64,000 bases of DNA from Isurus oxyrinchus (Eukaryota): positions 96,720,001 through 96,784,000 of the forward strand of contig JANJGN010000007.1 in NCBI GenBank assembly GCA_026770705.1, written 5' to 3'. A program made the position numbers and the translations under genes. This document shows positions 51,801 to 64,000 of this stretch, piece by piece. Each line of letters begins with the position of its first letter. Within the stretch, counting starts at the first letter, position 1. Below the pieces are notes generated by a model, which did not search any database, had not been told where the DNA came from, and saw nothing but the letters and a program-made list of their open reading frames with translations.

Positions 51801-53340
51801 GTTCAGCCAGACGGAAGAGGTTTGGGGTGGATGGAATATGTTTGGCCCAATTTTGAAGGAAGAAGCGGAAATATCTCAGTCCGACCAGGTGCAGGATAGA
51901 GGTGTAGAAAGGTGAATATGGGACTCATAGGGCAAGGAAATTGCAAATTGTTAATGTGATGGAGTGCATCAGAACCATCACAGTTGGCGGTGAGGAGAGA
52001 TTGTACAGAGGGAGAAAACATATAAAAAGTTTACGTCGAAATCATTTCCTTTGACAGCAACTGGCTGAGATCATATCCCTACCAAAGCAGTCGTGCTTGT
52101 GTATCTTTGGAAGAGGTAGAAACAGGCTCTTCACAGTTGATAGACAATGAGTTGCGAAGCCATGAGGGGAAGATGAGGTCAGAGACCGTGCTGGAAATGT
52201 TGAAAAAAACACAATTTCAAATACAATTTTTTACGTCATTCCCAAAATGCACAAACAGTACTGTCCTAGCTGACATTTCCAACATATTAGCGAAACTTCT
52301 GCTCTTACCCTTTTCCCTAGCTACCTGAGCCACAATTATGTCCCCATCATGCTCAGCTTGCACCCCACCATCCTCCACCATTTTCTCCACCTGCAGCATG
52401 ATGCCACCGTCAGGCACATCTTTTTCTCCCCTCCTCTTTCAGTCTTCCGAAGGGATAGTTCCCTCTGCGACAGCCAGGTCCACATCTCCATCAACCTCAA
52501 CACCCCATCCCCTTCCCACTGCATCTTTCATGCAAATGCAGAAGATATGAAACCACCCATTTTAACCGCGCTGTCCTCAAGACCTACTGAATTAATCCTT
52601 TTGGCAGGATCAACGACTTACTCGTACTTCGTTCATGTATTTTCATACTGTATTTACTGCTCCCAATGATCCACATAGGGGAAAGCAAAAACAGATTGCG
52701 TGACCACTTTGCTTAACACCTATATTCAGCTTGCAGGAATGTACCAGCGCATCTGGTTGCTTCCCTAATATTTCTTGAGCTTGCTCTCAGAGTGCCACCT
52801 GTGTCCTCGGTCTACAGCAGTATTCCATTGAAACTCAACACAAGCCCGTGGAACAGAACCTCATCTTTCGATTAGGTACTTTACAGCTTCCTGAACTACC
52901 ATTGTGCTGGACTTTTTCAGGCAGTAGTCTCTCTACCCCAGCCCCACACAAGACTCCAACTCCGCATTCTGTCTGCTTTCCCATGCATGGATCAATAGTA
53001 ACTTTGTTTATTTTTTTTCCTCGTTTTTTTCGTGCATACAGCAGTTGTTTATGATTCTGCCATTTACACCTTCTCTGGGCCATCTTTGGTGCATTACTTG
53101 TCCCATTTCTAGTTCCTTTGTCTCAGCTCCAGCAGCACTTTTGACATTTGATACCATCTGCCTTTCGTCCTATCACTGACTTTTCACTTTCTTTTTGTAT
53201 TTCTGCACTCCTAATTTCACCTCTTTAACGCCGATTACATTGGTAACTTTTCCTGGTTCTGATGAAATGTACCAACTTGAATGTTAACTCAATTTCTCCC
53301 TGCGCAGCTGCTACAAGATATGCTGAATATGCCCATTCTT
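48880..53340. mobile_element. Old Penelope-like element in inverted arrangement (minus ~48880-49560 and ~51320-52200; plus ~52320-53340), interrupted by a CR1 (~49560-51300, minus)
   Basis: ILHHFLHLQHDATVRHIF, YCIYCSQ, EQNLIFRLGTLQ and DALHHINNLQFP resemble the 17667-20423 ORF; CR1 pieces WRTENVTPLFKEG and MIHFGWKN. Confidence 0.72.
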
Positions 53341-54588
53341 TTAGATTGACAGCATCCGCAACATTATGCTTTTGAATAATCCTTGAAGGCAATATGATCA
53401 AACAGAGAATATAGAAGTACAATAATTGTCAAACGTACCAGAAGGAATATTAAGTTGCATGTCATATGCTCTGGATTGTTATGGTGTGGAAAACACTGCT
53501 TGAAACGGTCCTGGGGGTAGATTTAATAGTACAATAAAAAAACACAGTTATTTACATGCAGTGTTATGGGGAAAAGTAGGAAATTGGAACTAATTAATTG
53601 TGTTTTTTCCCAAAGATCTGCTATACGTACAATGGCCCGAATGGTCTCTCGCACTGCTTCATGATGCCATATGGCAAAATTATCAATCACAACAATATTT
53701 GCCTTGTATAATTTATTTTATGCAAACCACCAAACAGAGAATGTGCAGCTGTTCCTCTTAGAGCTGAGGAGGCTAAGAAAATAATTTATAGAGGTGTCCT
53801 AAATTATGAACTATATAAATAGAGTACGCAAAGAGAATTTGTTTCCAGCAACAGAAGGGTTTATAATGAGATGACATTGATTAAAGGTAAATTTTGAAAA
53901 CAAGTATTTAAAAAAACAGAAACAACATGGAAAAAGTGCTTTTATGCTTCGAGTAACCCGGGTTTGGAATACACTGCCTGAGAAGATGACTTCAAAAGCA
54001 CATTAGATAAAAACTGAATTAGACAAAGTTATCAGTATATTGGGAAAAATGGAGGAGTAGAACTATGTGGATTGCTCTTCTACAGAGCATTTGCAGACAC
54101 TATGCACCAAATGGCTTCAAACAGTAGAAGGAACAAAATGACTTAGGTCAGGAGTGGGCTATTTTGCCCATCAAGCCTGCTCCAAGATTCAATGAGGTCA
54201 TGGTTGATCTGGTTCTCGTCTCAGATCGACTTTTGTGCCTGACTGCCCGCCTCTACCTACCCAATACCATTGACTTCCTTGCCTAATTTAAATTTGTCAA
54301 ACTCTACCTTAAGTAAATTCAAAGGCCCGGTCTCCACTGATTTCTAGGGAACATAATTCCACACACCAACGCCCCTTTGGGAGAAAACGCTTCTCTCAGC
54401 TTTGCCTTGATAGGGAGACCTTTGATTATTTTGGTACATCCTCTCTCCTAGCTTTAGTCTTCCCTACACGACGAAACATTTTCTGGTTATCAAGTCCCAT
54501 CAGGATCTTATATGTTTCAATAAGATCACCTCTTATACTTCTAAATTCCACTGGGTATAGGGTACACTGTTCAACCTTTCCTCATAAG

Positions 54589-57500
54589 CGTTATGGCAAG
54601 CGGACAGTGAATGTAATGCTGCCCAAGTCCCAGAGGGAAACTTGAAGCAGCTGCAACAACTATTTGCAATTTGTACTTATATCGAGATGTGGGCTTTGGA
54701 TTCAGTTAAAAAATGCTACCAAGTCTTATCAGTTTCTTACAAAACTAACTTAAATATTTATTAATAGAAGAGTTAAGCTAAGCACATACATAGATCAACA
54801 ATTTAATACTATGGTAACTTCTCAGTTCCCTAATTAATCTAAACCCCAGTTATGCCTTTGCTAAGGCAGCAGTGAGAGACACAGATTTCAAAAGACCCAG
54901 GCAAAGTAAAACACAATACCCTGAGCAGTCGAATTCAAAGTGAGTTTTTCTCAGCTTCAGTTGCTTGTAAACAACAGCTTGAGGTTTAGACGTTGGAGGC
55001 TTTTCACACTTTTGTTAGACCTTAGCATTCCTGCCCCTACAGACAACCTTCACTGGTTTATACATATTTTCCCCTTTGAAAGAAAATTCCCATTGTTTCT
55101 CCATGTCTTAGGACGTGTACCTCTCAAACGTTTTTATTCATTCAGGGGATGTGGGCGTCGCTGGCTGGGCCAGAATTTATTGCCCATCCCTAATTGCCCT
55201 TGAGAAGGTGGTGGTGAACTTCCTTCTTGAACCGCTGCAGTCAATATGGTGTAGGTACACTCACAGTGGTGTTAGGAGGGGAGTGCCAGGATTTTGACCC
55301 AGCGACAGAGAATGAACAGCAATGTATTTCCAAGTCAGGATGGTGAGTGACCTGGAGGGTGGTGTTCCCATCTATCTGCTGCCCTTGTCCATCTAGATGG
55401 TAGTCGTTTTGGGTATGGAAGGTGCTGTCAATGGAGCCTTGGTAAATTTCTGCAGTTCATCCTGTAGATGACACACACTGCTACTACTGCGCATCAGTGG
55501 TGGAGGGATTCAAAGCTTGTGGATATAGTGCCAATTAAGCTGGCTGATTTGTCCTGGATGGTGTCAAGCTTCTTGAGTCTTTTGGGAGCTTCACCCATAC
55601 AGGCAAGAGGAGAGTATTGCATCACACTTCTGACTTGTGCCTTGTAAATGGTGGACAGGCTTTGGGGAGTTAGAAGGTGGGTTATTCGTTGCACAATTCC
55701 TAGCTTCTGTCCTGCTCTTGTAGACACAGTATTTATATGGCTAGTCCAGTTCAGTTTCTAGTCAATGGTAAGCCCCAGGATGTTGATAATGGCAGATTCA
55801 GTGATGGTAATGCCATTGAACATAAAAGGGTAATGGTTACATTCTCTCTTATTGGAGATGGTCATTGTCTGACACTTGCGTGGTGCAAATGTTACTTGCC
55901 ACTTGTCAGCCCAGGCCTGGATTTTGTCCAGGTTTTCCTGCATTTGGACATGAATGACTACATTATCTGTGGGGTCATGAATGGTGCTGAACATTGTGCA
56001 ATTATCGGCGAGTATCCCTACTTCTGACCTTATGATGGAAGGGACGTCATTGATGAAGTAGCTGGAGATTGTTGCACCGAAGGCACTACCCTGAGGAGCC
56101 CCTACAGTGATGTCCTGGATCTGAGATGACTGACCCCCCAACAACTGTAACAACCTCCCTTCGTGCTAGGTATGAATCTAACCAGTAGATTTTTCCCCCG
56201 ATTCACATTCCTTCCACTTTTTCTAGGGCTCTTTGATGCCGCATTTAGTCAAATGTGGCCATGATGTCACGGGCAGTCACTCTCACCTCACCTCGGGAGT
56301 TCAGCTCTTTCGTCCATGTTTGAACCAAAGCTGTAATGAAGTCAAGAGCTGAGTGGCTCTGGCAGAACCCAAACTGGGCGTCAATGTTCAAGTTGTTGCT
56401 AAACAAATGCTTCATGACAGCACTGTTGATGGCCCCTTCCATTATTTCGCTGATGATGGAGGGGAAACGGATGGGTCGATAATTGGCTGGGTTGGATTTG
56501 TCCTGCTTTTTGTGAACAGGACATAGCTTGGAAATTTTATAGCCGGGTAGATGCCAGGTGTATTGGAACAGCTTGGCTAGGTACGCAGCAAGTTCTGGAG
56601 CACTGATCTTCAGTACTATTGCCGAAGTATTGTCAGGGCTTGTAGCCTTTGCAGTGTCCAGTGCCTTCAGCCATTTATTGATATCATGTATAGTGAACCG
56701 AATTGGATGAAGAGTGGCACCTGTGATGCTGGAAACCTCCGGAGCAGGCCGAGGTGAATCATCCACTTGGCACTTCTGTCTGGAGATTGCAGCAAATGCT
56801 TCAGCCTTATTTTTTTCACTGATATGCTGGTCTCTTCAATAATTAAGGTTAGGGATATTTGTGTAGCTTCCTCCTCCAGTGAGTTGTTTAATTGCCCACC
56901 ACCATTCATGACTGGATGTGGCAGGACTGCAGAGCTTTGGTCTGATGCATTGGTTGTGGAATAGCTTAGCTCTGTCTATCACTTGCTGCTAATGTTGTTT
57001 GGCGCACAAGTGGTCCTGTATCATAGCGTCACCAGGTGACACTTCATTTTTAGGCATGTATGGTGCTGATCCTGGCATACCCACTTGCACTCTTCACTGA
57101 ACCAGGGTTGATCCCTTGCCTTGATAGCAATGACAGAGTGGGCGATATGCTGGCCAATAAGGTTACAGATTGTGTTCGAGTACAATTCTGCTGCTGCTGA
57201 TGGCCCACAGCGCCTCATGGATACCCAGTCCTGAGTTGCTAGATCAGTTCGAAATCTATCCCATTTAGCACGATGGTAGTGCCACACAACATGATGGAGT
57301 GTATCCTCAAGGCGAAGATGGGACTTCGTCTCAACAAAGAATGTGAGGTGGTCACTCATGCCGATATTCTCATGGACAGTAGAAATCCATAATATAACGT
57401 TAAAAATACATCAAAGTACCAATTTTACCAGTAATTCTTGGGTACAAAATGCACACTGCTTCATAACTCCTCCTGGCTCGTTGAAACATTTCAGCCCCAC

Positions 57501-57733
57501 TTTTGAATTCAACATAGTCTGGTTTATTTAAAACTGCTAATGTTCCCTTTAAACATATGTTTACTTAATAAACATTTCAAACATGGCTTACGTTCTGTTA
57601 CATCAAAACCTTCAGGCCGGCTGCTTCTAATTCAATTAAGTCCTCTCCTCCGTACACAAAAACTCATAGACACAGGCCTCTGCTTTACAATAAATTCCAA
57701 TAACATTATGTAAGTTATTATCTCTTTTTGACA
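54589..57733 (-). mobile_element. Probable solo LTR (~0.9 kb) split by a LINE
   Basis: Termini CGTTATGG (TG>CG) ... TTTTGACA, flanked by ATAAG / ATAAT; non-coding; interrupts a CR1. Confidence 0.5.
55130..57385 (-). mobile_element. Second-family CR1/L2-group LINE (RT and 3' end)
   Basis: ORFs KSNPANYRPI, DAQFGFCQSHS, PQGS..LADNCTMF, LSTIYKAQVRS. Confidence 0.87.
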
Positions 57734-59663
57734 ATAATACAACCCATTCACCCCAGCAATGAGTCCAGTGAACCTTCTCTGAATTGCTTCCAATGCAATT
57801 TTACCTTTTATTAAAATAGGGAGATCGAAACTACACACAGTTCTCCAGAAATGATCTCAGCAGGGCTCTGTACAGCTGCAGTAAAACTTCATTACTTTTA
57901 TATTTCATTCGTCTTTTAATAAAAGGCAATATTTCATTTGCTGTACCTGGATACTAACGTTTTGTGATTCATGAACCAGGACACAACTCTGTAACTCAGA
58001 CTTCTGCAGTCTTTCTCCATTTAAATTTTATAGTGCTTTTCTATCCTTTCTGCAAAAGTGAACGGGTTCACATTTACTCACGTTACCCATGTGCCAATTT
58101 TTTGCCGACTCACTTAACTTGTGTACATTCGTTTGCCGACGCTCTACCTCAACTTGAGAATTTACTTTCCCATCGATTTTGGTGTGATCGGCAAATTTAG
58201 CTACCATACATTCTCTCGCTTCAACCAAGTCATTGATATAGATCGTAAGTAGTTGAGGGCCCAGCTGTTCTATGGTTTTGTGATAAATAATGTGGTATTG
58301 TTCAAAGATTGAGGCTAAAAAATAAATTAAAATATGGATGTGAATAAATAATTCCGCATTTTGCTTTCCACTGTTTTTAATTGTGTACAAACTTCTAAAC
58401 AGCAGCTTCCAAACTGTTTTTTCCGAAATTCAATATGCTAATTTGCCTTTGCGCTTTTATTGATAAGGCGAGTGGCGTTATCAGAAGCAGAATGGTACAT
58501 GGTCTTTGACGGCTAATCGGTGTAGTTTTTGATCAGGTGAACTGGATTATCAATGATCTGGCCAACACTTGCCCTTAGCTTGCAGTCGGCGTCATGAACA
58601 AAGCTGCTTATAAAGTATGCAATGTGTATACATCATATATCATTATGATGTCCTCAACTATTTGAAAAAAAGCCCCTCAAAATCTCCGAAAGATTTGTGA
58701 AACACTGTACTCATTAATAAAGTTGTTTTGACTCGCTCCAATCTTATGATGATTTTCTCTGTGCACTCTTACTACTTGCCTGCAGATGGAAAGGTTGTTT
58801 CACAAGATAAAATGCAGAATGAGATTTACTACAAAATATTTTCTGAAATGATCACATGATGCTTGTTTCTATAGACACATTGAATATTTAAACAGAATTC
58901 CAACAATCCCAAAAAAGATTGCGTTCCATCTCGCTCAGCTGTTAAACATATGTGCTAAATTTTATTTCAGCACATTTTGAAGTTGTGACTCTAAAGCAAA
59001 AAAATCATGATCATGAAATGCATGCAAAATCTACTGATATTTTAAAAAACAAATCAGGCTTAGGATGTGGATATCGCTGGCAAGTTCTGCTTTCATTGTC
59101 CACCTGCGTGTGATGTGTAAGGTGATGTTTACCCGCCGTTAATTAAGCATTACTTCATCAAATATTTGCCATTGATTATCTGCCATCTTACCTTTAAATC
59201 GAGTTTCTAAATCTATCTTAGTCGACTCGAGACTCATATCTGGGTAGTTTGCTTTGCCTAGCATTGAAATGCTAGCTTCAGGCTAAATCAAATCACTTTA
59301 AAAATAAATTTAAAATGATATAATGTCATTAATCACAAGATCTTGTTGCATTCGTTGTCAATGTCACAACATTTTCATTGTTCTAAAACAATTCGTTTGA
59401 GCATTGGTGTGATACATAAAACTGTCTTCTAAGCCAATTTATGCGGTTTAATATGCCTTGATCACCACGCTGAAAGGTGTGGTCTTCATTTCATCTCAGC
59501 TAAAACCTGCATTGTGTGATATTCTAATGATGCAATGCTCTTGGCTATACGTGTGAAGCGTATCTCTTCATCTTTCTCATTGCACGACACTGCTTTAAGG
59601 CCAGGTGCTCCCGACTTTGTTTCTCAATTAACAGCCCTTTGGACGAAATAGATTCTCCGTGAA

Positions 59664-59715
59664 GGGGCGGAGAAAAAAACGTTTCTTGTTGATTGGCAAC
59701 AAATAGCAACTTCCT
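59664..59715 (+). promoter_or_regulatory. Candidate TATA-less promoter of gene 2: GC box, inverted CCAAT, ETS site
   Basis: GGGGCGGAG 59664-59672, ATTGG 59692-59696, ACTTCCT 59709-59715, directly upstream of the leader-like exon. Confidence 0.5.
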
Positions 59716-59896
59716 TTATTGAGCTTGACTGCTTCATTGTTTCGTGATCCTGGGATTGGTTGCTGCAGGTATTTTTTGTAATCGCCTCTTAAATCTAAGT
59801 TTCTGTATATTCGGTTCTCAGACTTGCATCAATTTGCCATCAGGTTTGATACGTTTAACGTTTTGGGACAATGCTTTCTTTTATCTTTTACATTAG

Positions 59897-60210
59897 TTGG
59901 TGATGTTCTGTTCTAGGTTTTACAAAGCCCCCAACCAAGATTGTGATGATCGGTGAAAATGTTACTTTCGCCTACACGTTCCCTCTTTTTTCCAATAATT
60001 CAGATGTAAATATTTACTGGTGGAGACTCGGCGAAAATATATTTATGCAACCAAGCTCAGACAGGCGGAAGCGATATTTTTTGAGGAAAGATCAGTGTTC
60101 TTTTCAGCTTCTTGATGTCGGTTTCCAAGATGCTGGTGTTTATTACTGCGGAGTCAAACACCGGCGGAACATGATCCAAAACGGAACTGCATCTAAGATT
60201 ATAGTTCACG
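59897..60210 (+). pseudogene. Gene 2 V(J) exon
   Basis: VLQSP/PTKIVMIGENVTFAY..NSDVNIYWWRLGEN..DAGVYYCGVKHRRNMIQNGTASKIIVH; clear homology to gene 1 (NSDVxIYWWxLGEN). From the 59896 acceptor there is a TAG and a 1-nt deletion; an alternative acceptor at 59915-59916 gives an open frame. Confidence 0.88.
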
Positions 60211-61825
60211 ATAGGTAAGACGGCAGGACATTTTCATGCTGATAATTCAAAAAAAAAAAGAAAATTTCAATAAACACAATCTAATGGCTTATTCCGCTTT
60301 TAACAATTATCTTGGTCGATTGGCTTTACATGTTGTATATTATCGCTTCGCATTCACAATAGGAAACCAAATACAGTGTTTTTAGCACGATGATTTTAAT
60401 CGTAAGCAGGGCAAGCAACGCACTGTTGAAGCCAAATTTTGGAGATTGTGAAATTATCTGAAAATGTTTTTATAACTTTTCGGCTGGATTTGTTACAATA
60501 CATTCTGATTGGCTGTCCATGTTTTTGAAACTGTGTTTCAGATTGTGCATATCCTCACGACCCAAAAAGAGAAAATTTGACAACTGTAAAATCTATTATC
60601 GAGTATAATGACCTAATAGCTTCATTAGTTGAAGCTAATGACAGACATTGATATTGAAGGAACTGCCTATAAGTCACGTCATGTATATAAGCGAAGGTGC
60701 TTCAGCGGGAGCTGGTCCATACTCAGTCAGTTGTACCTTATTCCACTGTTTAACGCATTGCAACTCACAAAGCACGATATTCTTGGTTTTAGAACAAAAA
60801 TAATTAAATTATCCCGAAACTTAAATTAATATTTTAGAAAAATGGTAAAGTATTTATTAGTACAACATAAAGTGAATGCCTATAGTTCTTTGCACTTCGT
60901 CAATCTGCCCCAATTTTTCGCTTAATTCGGCGGAATACCTGTGGAAGCGGCGATGAAGCCACGTTTTGTGTAGACATTTCGCAGGCTGAAGATGACCAGT
61001 CCGGGTGACTGGGTGGGGTGATGTAGGGAAAGGTGGGTGGGGTTTGGCTGTTGGTGGTAGCACAGATCACTGCTGCTTTGTGCAAATTCAAGAACTTGCA
61101 CTTCAACTAGATTTTGAATCCATGCATTCATTTGTGTGTATTGTGAACAAAGGTAGGTCCATGGCTCATTGTCCACTGATGCCTCACCCAGCCCTTTCCC
61201 TTGGCAGTGTTTTTGTCAGTGCATGTTTTTCATTACCTTCCACTGAAATTTCAAGGTATATGGAAGTAAGTTAGGCTAATACTTGGACTTGTTAGTGAGG
61301 TATCAACCTCCGTTAGGCCTCTTGTATTTGGGTTGGATATCCAACCAGGTTTGCGTGATTTTCTGTGGAAGAAAATTAACCTACAGAATTGTTCTAATAC
61401 ATGGAGGCTGTTGTCCCTATATTTTATCTTTAATGCCTCTGTTAATCCATAAGCATAATTAAAATTAACTACCATTCCTACTTGTTGGGCATTCTGATTG
61501 AAGAAGCATAGGCCTTGTTTTTGTGAGCATTACAAATAGACTTCCGCTGGAAGTTAATTTCCTGTGAGTGTGAATTTTGAGGTATTTTTAAATGGCGCGA
61601 GATTCCAGTCTACCGATGATTATGTGCCTTGATCATGTATGCAACAGATGGCTGCAACATAAATGCAATAAGCAAATGTACAATTTAAGTGAAGCAGAAA
61701 GAGAAAATACCGATCATGAAATGATGCTACTTGATTTACTTTCGTACAAAGGGATGTAAGAGTAAATAATCTTCTAAATGCGGAACACCGTATTTATTTT
61801 TGTTTTCCTCTGCGCCTCGATTTAG

Positions 61826-62136
61826 CTCCGCCTGCTTCCCCGACTATTGTCTCCAAAATTTCTAGCGGAATTTCACCACGCATGTGCTTTTCGTTTCGTA
61901 TGTGAAACGGCTGGCGTTTACCCGGAAATACTTACCCTTAGTTGGTACAGAAATAATAGCAATGTTGTAACCGGAATTAAAACAACAACACAGCTTGACT
62001 CAGCGGGACGAGGCTTCCAGTACATTGGAAGAGGCACTGCCAATCCAGAAAGGGACATATTGCATCTGCGTGATATCTCATCCCACGCTCCAGGCTCCGA
62101 AAATAGATGTTCATCTTGTATCCAACTGGAACGCGG
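61826..62136 (+). pseudogene. Gene 2 C1-set exon
   Basis: Acceptor TTTAG|, donor GCGG|GTAAGA. APPASP.. / FVCETAGVYPEILTLSWYRN..QLDSAG / EASSTLEE..YCICVISH in three pieces; ~5-nt deletion at the G-L-Y-E motif relative to gene 1. Confidence 0.88.
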
Positions 62137-62389
62137 GTAAGATGTGGGAACAATGCGATCTCACGGACATACTCCTTTAAAGTTCTACATTAAATGTGAT
62201 GGAAAACGCACACAATTTGGTAGACTTTCATGCAGCTCGGTTTAGTGAAATGAAACATGTGCAATCATGTCCGTAGGTCTTTTGTCCACAGTTCCTTCGT
62301 TAACACAAACTAATTAAAAAAAACACTGTTATTGATATTTTTGAGTTATAGTTTTGAAGCATGCATGTAGACTGCTCTGCCATTCTTTC

Positions 62390-64000
62390 AAGGGACGTTG
62401 GCGACGCTGGATGGGCCCACCCCGAATTGCACTTGAGAACGTGGTGGTGAGCCGCCTTCTTTAACTGCAGCAGTCTCTGTGAGGTAGGTGCACCCACAGT
62501 GCTGTTAGGGAGGGAGGTGCCGGATTTTGACCAAACGACAATGACGGAATGGCGTGATATTTCCAAGCCAAGATGGTGGGTTGTGTCGAGGAGAAATCCC
62601 ATGTGCTGCTGTCCATTTTGTGGATGGTACACACTGCTGTAACTGGTCATTGATGGTGGAGGGAGTGGCTGCTGGAGGTGGTGATTTTGTATTCATTCGT
62701 GGGCTCTGGGGGTCGCTGGTTAGTCCAGAATTTATGTTCCACCCTTAATTGCCTTTGAGAAGTAGTGGTGAGCAGTCTTCTTGAAGCGCTGTAGTCCATT
62801 TGATGCAGGTGCACCCACAGTGCTGTTAGAGAGGGAGATCCAGGGTTTATGGTTCAGCCGCAGTGAAGGAATGGCGAGATATTTCCATTTCAGGATGATG
62901 AATGGCTTGGAGGGGAATTTCCAGGTGGTGGTGTTCCCATGTATCTGTTGATCTTGTCCTTCAAATCGTAGTGGTTGTGGTTTGGAAGGTGCTGTATAAG
63001 GAGGCTTGGTGAGTTCCTGCAGTGCATCATGTAGATGGTACAACCTGCTGCTGCTGTGCGTCAGTGGTGGAGGGAGTGAATGTTTTTGAATTTGGTGCCA
63101 ATCGAGCGGGCTGTTTTGCCCTCGACAGTGTCAAGCTTCTTGAGTGTTGTTGGAGCTGCACTCATGCAGGCATGTGAAGATTGTTCCATCACACTCCTGT
63201 CTTGTGTCTTCTAGATTGTGGACAGGCTTTGCAGAGTCGAGAGGTGAGTTAATGTCCGCAGAATTGCAAGCCTTTGACTGCTCTTGTATTCGCACTATTT
63301 ATATGGCTGACCCAGTCCAATTTCGTTTCCATGTCAATGGTAAACCCCAGGATGTTGGCATTGGGGTTTCGGCGATTGTAATGCCATTGATTCTCATGGG
63401 AAGATCTTTGGATTCCCTCTTGTTGGAAATGCTCATTGCTTTGCACTCGTGTGTTTCGAATTTTATTTGCCACACATCCACCCAATTTGGAAAGTTGCGC
63501 CAGTTGTAAATAAGGAAATTACCCTGCGGAGCTCCTGCACTGATGTCCTGGGGCTAAGATGATGGACCTTCAACAACCACAATGCCCTTTATTTTGCTGA
63601 GTATGAATCCAATCAGTGGAGTGTTTCCCCCCTCATTCCCATTGGCTGCAGTTTTCCTGGGGCTCCACACTCGGTCAAATGCATCCTTGATGTCAAGGGC
63701 AGTTGTTCTCACTTCACCTCTTGAGTTCAGCTCTTTTGTCAGTTTGGACAGTGAGGTCATGAAGGTCAGGAGATGATTGGCCCTGGCACAACTCAACCTT
63801 AGTGTCAGCAAGCAGGTTATTGCTGAGTAAGTGCCATTTGGCAGCATTGTTGATGACCTCTTCCATCACTTTACTGATGATCGAGGGTAGACTGATCCAG
63901 AAGTAATTGGCCTGGTTGGATTTGTTCTGCTTTTTGTGAATAGAAACTACCTGGGCAGTTTTCCACATAGCCTGGCAGATTCCTGCATTGTGTCTGTTCT
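62390..64000 (-). mobile_element. Second-family LINE fragments (two adjacent 3' ends)
   Basis: Duplicated 3' region at ~62390-62660 and ~62740 onward; TKELNSRGEVRTTALDIKDAFDRVW. Confidence 0.82.

Larger units (their letters stand above)
53440..58270. mobile_element. CR1 3' fragments (plus ~53440-54120; minus ~54125-54588 resuming at ~57734-58270)
   Basis: AACCTTTCCTCATAAG ... ACAACCCATTCACCCC continuity across the insertion; KFADHTKIDG at 58028-58390. Confidence 0.7.
59729..62136 (+). pseudogene. Gene 2: paralogous VJ-C1 IgSF receptor pseudogene (downstream exons not found in window)
   Basis: Leader 59729-59768 (CTG for ATG; LLHCFVILGLVAA|GTATTT). V exon ~59897-60210: first Cys is Tyr, expected donor reads AT. 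C1 exon 61826-62136 with two frameshifts. Confidence 0.85.

Overview
Vertebrate genomic DNA, most likely a cartilaginous fish (inferred from the repeat families and gene type). Most of the window is decayed transposable elements: CR1-clade and L2 LINEs, three Penelope-like elements with hammerhead-ribozyme-like motifs, a Harbinger transposon, a probable solo LTR and a Deu-type SINE. A four-level nest occupies ~12.3-30.6 kb (CR1 > CR1 > Harbinger > Penelope). Most ORFs in the track are retroelement debris. Two tandem, same-strand paralogues of a non-rearranging antigen-receptor-like IgSF gene lie between the repeats. Gene 1 (~31022-47030) has six exons: leader, compact V with a germline-fused J-like NGTG-x-K-L-V motif, C1-set, TM, a short cytoplasmic exon, and a last exon with an ITIM (VPYAAL) and an ITSM (TDYAQV). 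It has two lesions: a frameshift early in the V exon and an AG>GG TM acceptor. Gene 2 (~59729-62136; downstream exons not found in the window) is a multiply disabled paralogue with a recognisable promoter. Repeat boundaries are approximate; exon boundaries were read by eye.
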